DNA of 64,000 bases. It comes from Cirrosporium novae-zelandiae (lineage: Eukaryota). The number at the start of each line of letters is the position of its first letter. Position 1 is the stretch's first letter. Below, piece by piece: positions 52,112 to 64,000 of this stretch. Both the position numbers and the translations under genes were made by a program. Below the pieces are notes generated by a model. The model was given only the letters and a program-made list of their open reading frames with translations, made no database searches and had not been told where the DNA came from. The stretch is from positions 992,001 through 1,056,000 of the forward strand of contig JAPETS010000002.1 of assembly GCA_026023565.1 (NCBI GenBank), in the 5' to 3' direction.

Positions 52112-55100
52112 ATGCCGTCCTGGCCTCCACGATTGCCCCCCAACGCCTCAATCTCCGAGAGGTCACTATCCAAGAGACCAGGAAACAATCAAATACCAGG
52201 ACACGAACCCGATAATTTGTATGCCGGACCATCTCAACGTCAAACAAATGCTCTACTGGACCGTTTGCCCGCGTTAAATGGTGCACATCATGGTCGATCT
52301 ATCAGTCATCCTTCTCCTTTAGTTTTCAACAATAATCGACGATTAGAACATAGACGCGGTGAAGGATCGCAGGATGCTACAGGGTTGGAAGTACCTGGGC
52401 ATGAAATATTTGATGCTGTTGATTCTCATCGATCAAAAAGTCCAATGAGAGGTGGAAGACCGTCGCAGGCCCCTGCGGCTCAAGAATTAATAACAGGAAA
52501 ATGCAAAACCTGTGACTCGTTGGTGCGATGGCCCAACAATATCAAGGTTTTCCGTTGTACTATATGCCTTATGATCAATGATTTGGAACCTTTTGTCGAA
52601 AGCGGGGCGGGAAAAGGTCAAGCAACAACCACCGGAGATTTGAATGTGCCTAGACCAGGTAATTTTTCCCCAATTGAACATGGGCGATTCACCATTAATA
52701 AATATTAGCACCACCCATCTCTCTGGAAAAGACGAGAGCCATCGTCGACCGCTGTATTTCCTCATACCTTGAATTCCGTCGCGAACATCCTTTGAAGCAC
52801 GATGGTACTTCAGATGGGGCTCCTTATTCACCCAGAGAATTTCAACCGACACATAACGCTTTGAATGATGAATTACGAAACATATCTCAACCAATTTCCC
52901 ATGCTCGTAACCCTTCCGCCACTGGGGCAGGTGAAGCCATTGAACCTGCTGCCGAGTGGCCACCTAGACAAGACCAATCACGCCTACCAGCTCCAATTCC
53001 TAATTTCTCTATGAACTTTTCCTCGACTTCTTTAGCACCTCCTGCGCCTCCGATGCGAAGAGGGTCGGAGGGATCACCGATTACTCCAGCTCTGTCTACA
53101 AAACCCCTTCCAGACATACCCCTTCCAGACATACCCCCTCCAACAAGGCCCGCCCCAACCATAGAGCCTCCAACAAGACCAGCTCCAACCATAGAGGATG
53201 CGACTCAGAAGTCAAGGTCAGAATTACGGGCTCCGATATTCCGACCCCTTGAGAATTATATCGCGTCTTGTTTTCAATCCTGTGACAGTTTGAATATCTC
53301 CTTTGCGACTCGCAAACCAACACAGCCTCGAGCTGCCAACGACGGAGCGCCCCTAGACCCTCGTTTAAAATCGTATGAACCTATTGGACAAAATGAAAAT
53401 AATGATATATCAGAACTAGATGCGAAGCTTCTTTTAGTAGGGGATTTTGCCGAAAATGGAACTTGGTGGCTTGGTGGTCGTCCTGAAGCCAATCGATACA
53501 AGAAGGAGCAACCGTCGCAAGGGGCTTCAACAGAGTCGCCTCCGCGTTCTAATCTTGTTAGCATAAAAACTCCTCGGATTCAATGGGCCGAGTTGGCTGA
53601 ATGGTATCATACTGTTATCCATGCAGGCGATTCATGGAGAAGCAAATGGGATGACATGAATTCATCCAAAACGGGAAAGGCACCGGCTTCCGAGGCAGCG
53701 AGTGGCTACTCAAACAATCTACATGACCTCGAGAAGGAAATAATGGAATCCCAAGTCCATCTTCAAAGGGCCTTGCTAAAAGCGACCGAAAACTTGTTGA
53801 AGCGCCCAAAGCGGCCGCTTCAGCAACCACAAGATAGTCGATTTTTGCTTATTATTTTAGCTAATCCCCTCATTTATCCGCCGCCTGTGCCAAAAGGAAC
53901 CCAAACAGTGAGGAGGGCCCATTCGGAAACCAAAAAACTGCCCGAGGCCCCTGGTCATAGGAGTCGAATACCTGATCGACAGAATTCAGCTCCAAGCCGA
54001 AGGCCTCCAAATGAAGCTATGTCGGGCCAACACTCTGGAATCATCAAAAGAATTGTTGGTTTGCTCTCCAACCTTCCCACCGAGTGTCACCAATTCTTGG
54101 TGTCCTGGTTCTCACGGTTATCTCAAAGCCATTTTCAGAGGATTGTGGACCTCCTGGGTAAATTTGTCAGTTATCGCCTGAGCAGGCAGCATGGACGTAG
54201 ACATAATGATAGTCAGGACATTACAGCTGATCTAATTCCGAACCTTTCAGACACTTCAGCCCAGCTTCATGCCACCATAGGACAAAGTGCACCCTCCAAG
54301 AAACAAGATACAAAGCCCAAGTCTATCAGGTACGAAGAAGATTGGCAGATTAAAGCTGCGGCCAAAGTAATATCTCTGCTATTTTTAGCAAATAATAGTG
54401 CTTCGGCACGCAAACGTGATCTGCTGAGGGGAACCTCAGATGCTCCGGTGAGACCCTCAAACGATCCATCCTCGCGGTCTTTTAGTGGTCAGTTGGTTCC
54501 AGTTAGCGCTTTCTACAACACTATGCTCGATTTCTCTGATCTCGTCGCGGATTTCGAAACCTGGGAGTCACGACCATCAAAATTTTCTTTCTGTAAATAT
54601 CCATTTTTCCTCAGCATATGGGCGAAAACACGTATCATGGAACATGATGCAAAAAGACAAATGGCAGATAGGGCGCGAGAAGCCTTCTTTAACAGTCTAA
54701 TGGGCCGCCACGAAGACCCAAATCGATATCTTGAACTAAAGGTTCGAAGGGAATGCTTAGTTGAGGACAGCTTGAGAACCGTGAGCGAGGTGGTCGGTGC
54801 TGGTCAGGAAGAAATAAAAAAGGGGCTTAAAATTGAGTTTGTAGGCGAAGAAGGCATTGATGCTGGTGGCCTCCGAAAAGAATGGTTCCTGTTACTCGTC
54901 AGAGAGGTTTTTGATCCTAATCACGGTATGATCCCCATCCATTACGTAACTAAGGCCTCGAAATGTCTTGTCAACTTCTTTTTATTGAAGATTAGGACCA
55001 TTTCTTTTGGATGTGTTGAATCATTTTAAATATCTCATTTACAGTTTCGGTGATGTTTGCAAAGCATGAGCTAATATTATGATTAGGTCTTTTCATTTAT

Positions 55101-56006
55101 GACGATGACTCCCAATTTTGCTATTTCAATCCACACTGCTTTGAAACATCAGACCAGTTCTTCTTGGTTGGAGTACTTCTTGGGCTGGCCATATACAACT
55201 CTACGATCCTCGATGTTGCATTACCACCATTTGCTTTTAGGAAGTTGCTCGCCGCAGCTCCAGCCAATAGCGCATGTAACAACCCACTGACAAGACCGTC
55301 GCAAGGTTATTCCTTGGATGACCTCGAACAGCTACACCCGTTGCTCGCGCGAGGATTAAGGCAGCTTCTTGAGTATGACGGCGATGTGGAAGAGACATTT
55401 TGTCGAGATTTTGTTGCCGAAGTTGACCGATATGGTCAAATTGTCCAAGTACCTCTATGCCCGGAGGGGGAGAAGCGACCAGTTACCAATGCTAATCGCC
55501 GAGAGTTTGTTGAGCTTTATATAAAGTATCTGCTGGAAACTGCAGTTTCACGCCAGTTTGAACCATTTAAGCGTGGCTTCTTCACGGTTTGTGGAGGAAA
55601 TGCTCTTTCACTCTTCAGACCGGAAGAAATAGAACTGTTGGTTCGGGGTTCCGATGAGCCACTAGACGTAAGCTGTCTAAGAAATGCAGCGAAATATGAG
55701 AATTGGGGTAAATCACCACCTGATAGGATGCCTGCTGTTTGCTGGTTCTGGGATTTTGTGGCTCGCATAACGCCCGGGGATCAACGGAAAATATTGACCT
55801 TTATCACGGGTAGCGACCGGATTCCGGCAATGGGGGCAGGATTCTTGGTGATTAAAGTCATGTGCATTGGCGAGGACTGCGAGAGATTTCCTACTGCGAG
55901 GACGTGCTTCAACACGATTGGACTGTACAAATATGGTTCGAGAGAGAAGCTTGAATCGAAACTGTGGCGGGCAGTATCAGAAAGCGAAGGATTTGGACTG
56001 AAGTAA
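52112..56006 (+). CDS. HUL4: HECT-type E3 ubiquitin ligase (HUL4-like), 3 exons
   Basis: N-terminal CKTC..CTIC zinc ribbon; HECT motifs EEGIDAGGLRKEWF, FITGSDRIP, FPTARTCFN (catalytic Cys) and SEGFGLK*. Introns 52659-52708 and 54926-55086. Confidence 0.9.
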
Positions 56007-56539
56007 TATGATTAATGACCCCGAGGAGGTATTTGATTATATGGGAGGTGGTTTTACGGGGGGGTGGTGTTTAAAGTAAATGCATGAATAGCAAAAAAGG
56101 CGCCTGGAATATGAAACCGGCTGACTTTGGCTGGCTGGCTGGCTGGCTGGCTTGTAAGAAGCCGTAAACTGGGTGCTGGGTGCTAGGTGCCGGGTTAGGG
56201 TGGACAGGACTTCTACGATAAAGATACCTATATCATATAAGAAGAAATTATCCAATATGCTATGGAAAGCAGAAACATGGACTGCGGAACTATGGAACTA
56301 TGGAACTAAGTAACTAACTAATAACGACTGAAGTGGTTTTTTTTTTCTTTTTCTGACATTCTTTGTAGTTGGTTGATTGATTATATGGTGGTAGACTATC
56401 CTTTTCTCCAAGTTTGAATGAAATGAACGGTGACACCCGACCTAATCCACTTTGGGGGTTGTTGTTTTTGTTATAAGTACTGTATAAGTTGTTGAGAAGG
56501 TAAGTTCAACAACACACTCTTCTTTACCCTAGCTACCTA

Positions 56540-56570
56540 GGTAGGTAGGTAGGTAGGTAGGTAGGTAGGT
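56540..56570. repeat. (GTAG)n microsatellite
   Basis: About 8 tandem units read directly from the sequence. Confidence 0.95.
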
Positions 56571-57932
56571 AAAGAGCGGATGGATATATATACATATATA
56601 TATATTATGGTGGTTCTTTCATTCCTACTACTAATACTTTCATAAAATAGAAATAGACATCTAGATTCGGATCTAGAGTAGAGATTGGGTACACCCTTCC
56701 TTCTACATGCCTACCTACATATATAGCTACACCATCTACATATCTATAACATAACATCAATATTAAAAGTTTTTTTTTTTTGTTTGTTTGGAAATGTAAT
56801 AATGTAGTGGATTGTGTTGATTGTGCTGGAAAGTGAGTAAGTGTGTGATTTGGTTGGGTAGGTAGTGGGATGGGAGGGGTGGGGGAGATGGTTGTTTCGT
56901 GATATATTCATTCATTCATTATTTGCATATTGCTGTGCGTCTCTATCTATGTCCATACTATATATACAGTACCCATACAGTATGTGTACGGATTTAATAA
57001 AAAGGAAGATACGAGTGGAGAACCCAATTAACGGATCTTGCGGATACGTGAGTAGTAAAGAACAGAACAGAAGGCAGAAGGGGAGGGGAGTAAGATGTTA
57101 GATACCATAAATACGAGGTTTGGGTTCCGATTCCCAAGAGCGCTAATTAGCTGATTGGTCACACCTGGTATCAGTGATGGGATGAGATGAGTGGAGAATC
57201 CAATTAACCAATTAGCCAATTAATAATGGATCTTGTGGATGTGGATGTGGGTGGTGAGGAAAGAACAGAGACACAGAGAGAGAGAGAGAGTCGTTGGATT
57301 AGGCTTATTTTTTGTTTCCTCTTTTTGCCTTTCTGCTTTTCTTTTTATTGGAGAGATAGTAATGGGGGGGAAGATGGGAGGGGAGAGTTTGTGGGTTTAT
57401 GTATGTACCTAAGGTAGGTATTTGTATAGTACATGCACATGTACTGTACAAGGAAGGCGAGGATATTGATGGGACTTGGGGGAGTTTTTTTGATTCGTTA
57501 TTGAGGGAAGAGTAGGAGGAAGAGGAACAGGATGGAGAAGAAGAGGAGGAAGGAGAAGAGGTTATTGTGGATTGAGAAGTGCGCTCACTCGCTTACTCGC
57601 TCGTTCATCCATTCATTCATCCATCTCCTCTTTTCTTTTCTCTTGGACAGCTAGGTACTTGCCTGGAGGTTGGTTCATGGGAGGATTTGGTTCTATTTGA
57701 CTTGGTTTCGGGAGCTGGCGGATAGATAGGATTTAACATCTCGCATTCCCATTGACTTGCTGTGGATGTACTGTACATGTACCTACTTAAGTAGGTGTAG
57801 CTAGGCTAGCTAGGAGTTTACTCTCCCCCTGGAAGCTGTGGGAGCTTTATTTCCTTTCTTTTCTCTTTTTTGACTTTTGAAGAGGTTGGTTTTCCTTCCT
57901 TCCTCTCTCAGATAATGACGATAACGATGAGA

Positions 57933-57976
57933 TGGTACTGAAAAGTACATCTAGCCAGGGGTACTTTTCAGTACCA
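57933..57976. repeat. Perfect 16-bp inverted repeat with 12-nt spacer
   Basis: TGGTACTGAAAAGTAC 57933-57948 / GTACTTTTCAGTACCA 57961-57976. Confidence 0.95.
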
Positions 57977-59653
57977 CGGCGCTTACAATACCTTATTTTC
58001 CAGGCAGTTTTGGCGGTCAGCGAAACAAGTGCTACCCTTGGTTCTCCCTTTGGTGCAGTACAAGTAGCTAGCAGTAGCTATCCCACACTACGTAGCCAGG
58101 CAAAAGCCAGGCAGCGAACGAGTAGGGTAAGGGAAAAACGGCATCAACAAGTTCCGAGTGGATCCAGAATTTGGTTTTTGGTTTTTTTTTTCGAGAAGGG
58201 GTGTGGAAGGTTAGGTTTGCTTTTTGGGTTGGTTTGGGTTGGGGTTCCAGCATGCATCTTGACTGGAGTCCAGGACTTGGAATCAAGTAGTCAGGTAATA
58301 GTAGAAGTATCTATACCTACCTCTTCTCATAGATTTTTTTTATTTTTTGCTTTGTTTCTTCTTCCCCTAGCTCTTATTTTTTTTGAATCTATTTGGTCAA
58401 TTGTTTCTTCTCTTTCTTAGCCCAAGGTACAGTACGGTGTACCTATTTGCGTGATTAGATTAGATGATGGATATATGCGTTTCGAAACGGATTTGACCTT
58501 TTTAGGCTCCCAAGTAAGAGCGTAAGAGCATAAGAGGGGAAGTGGAAAGGTTGGAACGAGGGGGGCTGGCGAAACCCTAAATTGTCATCCTGAGGGGCCA
58601 CTTTCTTTCCCTCCCATGTCTTCCACGTCTTCCATGTCGTCCTCCTCTTGTTCCTTGGCCCTTCTTTTCCCGATTAACTAAGGCCCTAGATAGATGGTGC
58701 CATGTCGATAATTCTACGTAATTACTGAGATTGGCTTAAAGGCTGAATGACTTAATATGGGTGGGCGGATGATAGATGGCGGATGAGCTGATTCAGCCCT
58801 ATGTTGGAGAGATTCCTAAAGGGGAGCCGTGGGAGTTTAGGGTGAGGCTTTTGGCGTGGCTCCTTTAGTGGTTGACCGGGGGGTGACGGCAATGGCAGCA
58901 GTGGCACCAGGTGGGTAGAAGGGTAGAAGGGTAGAAGAGGCATAGAATATATTTGTCGGCTTCGGAACCTCGCAAACTGCTGTGGCTTCCAAGGTTCGTT
59001 TTAAATTGAGACTCAGATAGTGTACAGTGTATCAGGTTGTGGCGCATTGATATATTCTGTGAGATTGTCGCAAGAAATACAGTGAGCAGACTATTTCCGG
59101 TGGAGAGATGAGAGTAGACCGGAAAACCAATGATCCGATTCCGACTTTGCGATGAATTTGATGAATTTGATGAGTTTGATGAATTTGCAGTGTTTGGATT
59201 GGCTATGAAGGATGGATCATTGGATCATTGGCTCATTATTCATTGGCTCATTATTCATTGGTGTGCTGAGTTTTCTTTCAGATGCTCCGCTTCCGTCGCA
59301 CAAGAAAACTACCCAGGTACTCTACTCTACACACACAACCCAACTGTCAGACTATCAGACTATCAGACTATCAAACTAATGATTCAATTATGACTTTTCT
59401 AATTCCAAAAAAAAATAAGCCCATGATTACTAGGGAAAAGTAAAGGAGGTCTTTCATCAAAGAACAAAAACAAAACACATTGACAAAAAACTTTCCCCTC
59501 AATTGATCAAAGTATATAATTATTAATGCATCGTACCCTCTTATTTTTTTAGATTTTTTCTTTTTTATCATCCACTACGACGCTGCTGCCCAACATACAT
59601 ATAGTCACAGAATAGAATAAAAGTCCGTCTTGTTCGGCGCATTCCCTAATAAA

Positions 59654-59654
<1 letters not shown>

Positions 59655-59686
<32 letters not shown>

Positions 59687-59717
59687 ACCCCCCCCCCACC
59701 CCCCCCCCCCCCCCCCC
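59655..59717. repeat. Poly-C tract (63 nt, two A interruptions)
   Basis: Read directly from the sequence. Confidence 0.95.
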
Positions 59718-60148
59718 TACCACGCCACTACACCGCAGACCCATCCGGACTTCCACGAATCCCTCTGACGACTCCGACCCTTCCCAATTGCTGCCAATTA
59801 CTTGCTTTAAACTCTCAGTCCGCCATTCTTCACTATCCATCGTGGTTGGTCCGCCCTCATCTTTTCTTCACCTCCTCTTCCAACCTCCTCATTATTGGAG
59901 GCCCTGTAGAGGGGGATCTGTTGGGGGACTGTAAGAGCGCGTTTCTGATGTTGTACACGCTGGCAGATCCCAGGAATATGCATCCTATCTTTCGATGATT
60001 TACTTACTGTGAGATTTCTGATAGATTAATATTAAGCCCGCTCTCTCCACCCCCCCTCCATTGATGATAGCTGCCCACCACCAATTCTGTCCAAGTCGAA
60101 TTCCGGACAAAAGACAGTAATTAGAAGAAGAATAAATTATTGGTACCA

Positions 60149-62884
60149 ATGACGACTTTCAGTTTGCTCCTCCCTGCTGATTTTCAGAAGTGCATTGGCA
60201 CTGCTCTTCGTGGGGAACAAGAGATGCCGCTCTCATTGGGCATGCCCGCCAATTTCGCTGCCGCGCACGGATATGAGATACCCTATCTGAAAAAGATTCC
60301 ATACCTGGGTCCATCCACCTCCTCCTCAGCCACCCCAAAACCTATTTCTCCCGCTCCAAATGCAGACCAATTCGCTATATTGTCCAACTTGCCATCCGAC
60401 AGCAGACCCTCGACCTCCAATCGACAGAGCATGGATTTGACCACCATGGTTGACGACTTTGATCCCGAAACACCAAACCAGGGAAGCATTTCAAGATCCA
60501 GCTCGAGGTCTCGAAACAGCACCCAAAGCCAGCGGCAGTCTTATTTCATGGTACAAAGGTCCAAGACTTCTTTCCAGCTTGCCCATCCTCCCCCCACCGT
60601 ACGACACAAGCAGGCCTTTGGAATCAAACCCCGCATTCTGTTGCAGCTACAGCAATTGTCCGATATCACACGGCCTACCCCCGCATTGGATGTAGTGTCC
60701 TCGACCTATTTTGCCCCAGCCTTGAAGCGCAACTTTCCTCGGATTTTTAGAGGCAAGGATGCGCTTGGTTCCAGCGATTTGGTGATTGTGACAAGCGACC
60801 GTTATAATCCGGGAAACACATCACCCACCGATCGTTACATGTCCGCCATCAGCTCCCCGTTTCCCGTTGACGATGATTTGACCGAACACAAATGGGATAA
60901 ACAGATTATTGGAACCATATGCAAGCTCTCTTCAGATCAAGGTGGGTCCCGTGGAAAGGCCGAAATCTGTTTGAACCATGGGGATTGCTGGGAGGCAACT
61001 CCACTTCTCAACGGGAGCTATGAATTCATCAGCGTCGATGAACATGGAATTAGGACTATTGCCAGATGGGTGCTCCGCAAAAATCATAGCACGCCTGGCC
61101 GACGACGGTCCAATACATTCGATCAAAATGGGATGCCAAATTCTCCAGCAGACGAGAAGAAGTTCAACTTCAGCATTGTGAATCCAGAATGTCGACGTCA
61201 TCCAATCATAGCCTCGATGGGTCGGCAAACCATTGATGTCTTGGATCGCTACCCGAGCCAGTCATCGTCAATGGGAAAGCATCCGCCCTGTGCACCGGTA
61301 CTGTCACCGGCCTCTGAAGCCTCGGCTGATTATTTCGATGCGCCGTCCTCCCCGGACCGGGTCATGATTGAAACCGATGACCACCTCCGGACGCTTATTG
61401 TGATTACAGGAATATGGGTTGCATTTCGGGAGAATTGGTCCCAGAACTTTAGCTACAGCGATGCCATGTCGGCTTTAGGTCCCTCCTCATCCACGAACTC
61501 GTCAACCTCTTTCCGTAGTCTTACCATGACTCCCGAGCCCGCTGGCAGAAGTCGAAGCTCCACACCTGATCGCCAGAATATCCGGACATCGAGTCTCACC
61601 GGTAATGTTCGACAGCGTATTGCGTCAGCCGTCCTACATCGCCGCTCCTCCACCACACCAAGTCCTGCTCAAACCCCTGCCAACAGCCGCCCAGCTTCAT
61701 CGGCCGGGCCGCTTCCTCCTCAGCGAACAAATTCCAATGGAAAGGCCTTTATGGAGAAGCTGAACCATCGTCACTTGATAGCTGCTGCAAGGCGAGCGAG
61801 CCAAAGAAAATCCACATCTGCAATTCCAACACCGACTCCAGCGCAGCGTGAAGCCCGCCGAGTGGCAACTCCAGTAGAAATCATCAAATCCCCCCCACCA
61901 GAGAAGATCAAGGTCAACAAGCGTCACACCATGCACGGAGGAGATTTTGGAGCTTTCCATGCTGCTCCTTCGACCCCCATCGACGGAAATGCAAACTTCC
62001 CGGACCCTGTCAATCAGATTGCAAAATCCACCGAAGATCGTCGATCTCTTGATGTAGCTGCATACATTAATGCAAACAACAACGCGAATAGCAATACGGG
62101 CAGCCCTAACGGATATGCGGACTACTCTGTTGCCAATGTGCGTCTCAGATCACGAACAAACAGTGTAAATAGAAATTCGGAATATTTCGGGGCAAACGGA
62201 GAGGTGCACACCCCTGGCAGCAGCAGCAGCAATAGACACTCGGAATACTTTGGTCACTCTCCAACCGTTGATACGGGAGTACATGTCTTGAAAAGACGTG
62301 GAGTTCTCATCCCAGATTCCCATGAAAACTCGGACATGACCCTTCACCATAACAACATTCAAAGATACTCTGAACTCATCAACGGTGACCTGGACAAGCA
62401 TGACTTTGGTGGAATGAATAGGCGCTCAGAGGTTCTCTACTATGCCAATGGTAATCCGATCCCGAGTCGCAGCGATTCCGGCTACAAGCGACACTCGATG
62501 GCTCCCGGACCTCTATCCTTGAACCCTAACCCCAACCGCAACAGCTTCTATCAACATCCCGAAGCTACCCGCTATCCCGAAGCATTAGCTACTGCTCCAT
62601 CCCCCCCCCCTTCTCGGCCGCAATCCCGACAAGCATCTGGAGCTCGTCTTCACAAGCCACGTGTCGGATTTGCTTTAGGTCCAGAGGATGCCGATGAGGA
62701 ATACGGGTATTCCACCACATTGCGAAGCAGCCTCAAGAAGACGCCTAGACGAGAGCGACCCCAGACCATGTACGAAACCAGGCCATCGACCAGCCAGGGT
62801 GTCAAGTGGGAAGACGAGAGCCCAAGAAAAACAAGTGGATTCAAGAGATTCGTGAAGGGTATACTGCGCAAGACAGAAGCATAA
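60149..62884 (+). CDS. Large fungal protein of unknown function, Ser/Pro-rich; start uncertain (60149, 60223 or later)
   Basis: Open frame of about 900 codons. Conserved-looking core SKTSFQLAHPPP..PRILLQLQQL..RPTPALDV..WEATPL.NGSYEF..RRHPIIA..LRTLIVITGIWV. Confidence 0.82.
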   Translation: MTTFSLLLPADFQKCIGTALRGEQEMPLSLGMPANFAAAHGYEIPYLKKIPYLGPSTSSSATPKPISPAPNADQFAILSNLPSDSRPSTSNRQSMDLTTMVDDFDPETPNQGSISRSSSRSRNSTQSQRQSYFMVQRSKTSFQLAHPPPTVRHKQAFGIKPRILLQLQQLSDITRPTPALDVVSSTYFAPALKRNFPRIFRGKDALGSSDLVIVTSDRYNPGNTSPTDRYMSAISSPFPVDDDLTEHKWDKQIIGTICKLSSDQGGSRGKAEICLNHGDCWEATPLLNGSYEFISVDEHGIRTIARWVLRKNHSTPGRRRSNTFDQNGMPNSPADEKKFNFSIVNPECRRHPIIASMGRQTIDVLDRYPSQSSSMGKHPPCAPVLSPASEASADYFDAPSSPDRVMIETDDHLRTLIVITGIWVAFRENWSQNFSYSDAMSALGPSSSTNSSTSFRSLTMTPEPAGRSRSSTPDRQNIRTSSLTGNVRQRIASAVLHRRSSTTPSPAQTPANSRPASSAGPLPPQRTNSNGKAFMEKLNHRHLIAAARRASQRKSTSAIPTPTPAQREARRVATPVEIIKSPPPEKIKVNKRHTMHGGDFGAFHAAPSTPIDGNANFPDPVNQIAKSTEDRRSLDVAAYINANNNANSNTGSPNGYADYSVANVRLRSRTNSVNRNSEYFGANGEVHTPGSSSSNRHSEYFGHSPTVDTGVHVLKRRGVLIPDSHENSDMTLHHNNIQRYSELINGDLDKHDFGGMNRRSEVLYYANGNPIPSRSDSGYKRHSMAPGPLSLNPNPNRNSFYQHPEATRYPEALATAPSPPPSRPQSRQASGARLHKPRVGFALGPEDADEEYGYSTTLRSSLKKTPRRERPQTMYETRPSTSQGVKWEDESPRKTSGFKRFVKGILRKTEA

Positions 62885-64000
62885 ATAAGCTAGACTTTGA
62901 TGCTTCATTCATTTGGTTTCTCTGATTGTGTTAAGAGAAAGATATAAATAATAATACCTCTTGAGCGGTTACTTTGGGAGGAGGAGGCACCTGATTAGGT
63001 CGCTTCCATTCTCATTCGTGTTTATTTTAATGCTCTTTTTTTTGAAATTCTCTTCTCTCTTTTTGATACTATACTCCCTATTATTACAAGCAAGCGAGGT
63101 GTTGGAGGCAATTTTGTTTCTGTTTCTGTTTCTGAATGTTTTGAATTATTGATGGATTCTTTCTTACGCCGCCCAACCAACCAACCACACCAAACAAACC
63201 ACACTTGAACGAACCCGTCCGCTACAAACGCGGCACACACAAGAGAAAAATACCCTACGAACACAAACACGAAGGATATATATTTTTATTTCATGAGTCA
63301 TTCCTTTTATGTATTACATTACCAAAACCCACTTACGTTGACGTATTGATGAACGGGGTACACATTCCTTTGATGCATTTTTCCTTTGTTTTTGTTTTTG
63401 AATGATGATGCAGAAAGTACATAAAGACATACTTGCATATCTATCTATATCTATATATACATAACATACGCATTGGATTTGGAATTTGGGATCGGTATAT
63501 ATAACGCACGGGGCTGGTTACATATGTTACAGTTAACGGTACGGAAAGGAAAGGAAAAGAAAATCTCCCCCATGAATCTAGGTTTTTTTGTTTTTTGGGG
63601 TGTTGGATGAAATAGCATGGGATGGAATTTTGGGAGTATTTTTACTGGGATTGGGTTTCGGATTGAGATGTGCCATGTTATGTGGATACTTTGTCATACA
63701 ACACATACACACACACACACACACACATAATGCACACACACGCACATAAGCATATTTGTACATACAAGAGGAAGTTTGCTTGTCTACTGGCGAAGCTAGT
63801 GCTTCCTCCTCCTTTCCCTTCCCTTCCCTACTAAAATGTAGGGGTGGGGTAGGAAGTAAAAGAAAGATTGACAAAAACTACAAAAATACAAGAAAAAAAA
63901 ATTATTATTTTCAAACACGCTCACATACACACACACTATACTTATTTATATGAACGTGTCTAAAAAAGTAAAAAGGTAAAAAGGGTAAAAGAATGGATTC

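Noticed and set aside
59630..59998. Poly-Pro / poly-Gly ORFs
   Set aside because: Artefacts of the poly-C tract; no ATG start for the + strand ORF.

Overview
Gene-dense, intron-containing genomic DNA from a filamentous ascomycete (Pezizomycotina-like: GT-AG introns of mostly 45-170 nt with CTRAY branch points). About 22 protein-coding genes are supported. They include a YeeE/YedE sulfur transporter, a GGCT/AIG2-like protein, a TMEM135/PXMP4-like membrane protein, a bHLH factor, AHA1, ETP1/BRAP2, a 4-unit polyubiquitin, a Zn2Cys6 factor, RAM1, a dsRBD-like protein, MCU, SDE2, RPS10, RPL15, a HUL4-like HECT ligase and several hypothetical genes. No tRNA, rRNA, CRISPR array or intact transposon was recognised. 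The most notable unannotated element is a probable box C/D snoRNA in the 5'-UTR intron of AHA1, with an antisense element to 18S rRNA helix 18. Also notable: two sequence-related introns at non-equivalent positions in the polyubiquitin gene, a probable catalytically dead GGCT-like protein, several non-YAG splice acceptors, uORFs and a perfect 16-bp hairpin. Exon boundaries were inferred by eye, and all homology statements are from memory, not from searches.
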